Origin: Trichoplax adhaerens | Lineage: Eukaryota; Animalia; Placozoa | Direction: 5' to 3' | DNA length: 23,339 bases | Assembly: GCF_000150275.1 (NCBI RefSeq) | Contig: NW_002060958.1 | Span: forward strand, 11,120 to 34,458 | Shown here: piece after piece, positions 23,235 through 23,339 of the stretch | Numbering within the stretch: the first letter of the stretch is position 1 | How the letters are laid out: each line of letters begins with the position of its first letter | The notes under the pieces: generated by a model | Database searches by the model: none | Seen by the model: only the letters and a program-made list of their open reading frames with translations | Told to the model about the DNA's origin: nothing | Position numbers and translations under genes: made by a program

Positions 23235-23339
23235 CTGGTAAATAAATACGAATAGCCATAAAGTTAAAATAGTATGACATTATGATTATCGCTTTTGATG
23301 GAATTGAATGTGAACGCGAATAGAGACGAAATAGGAGAT

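Overview
AT-rich eukaryotic (animal) genomic DNA with one 489-nt assembly gap (1259-1747). The main feature is a multi-exon plus-strand gene of the BAIAP3/Munc13-4 (UNC13D) family with C2A-MUN-C2B architecture. I spliced 31 consecutive GT-AG exons by hand from 11641 to the stop at 19408. They join in phase into 3360 nt (1119 aa + stop). One more probable exon lies at 8281-8368, and the 5' end is unresolved. The compact introns and low GC would fit an early-branching animal such as a placozoan, but that is inference only. The most unexpected signal is a decayed, intronless class A GPCR-like reading frame on the minus strand (~10284-10955), inside the long 5' intron of the gene. Other features are a 33-bp-stem hairpin (4644-4713), a self-complementary TACTG/CAGTA simple repeat (296-415), three short degenerate duplications and a possible terminal exon of a convergent gene at the right edge. 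I see no prokaryotic elements, CRISPR array, rRNA or intact tRNA, and nothing that supports a claim of a new biological system.
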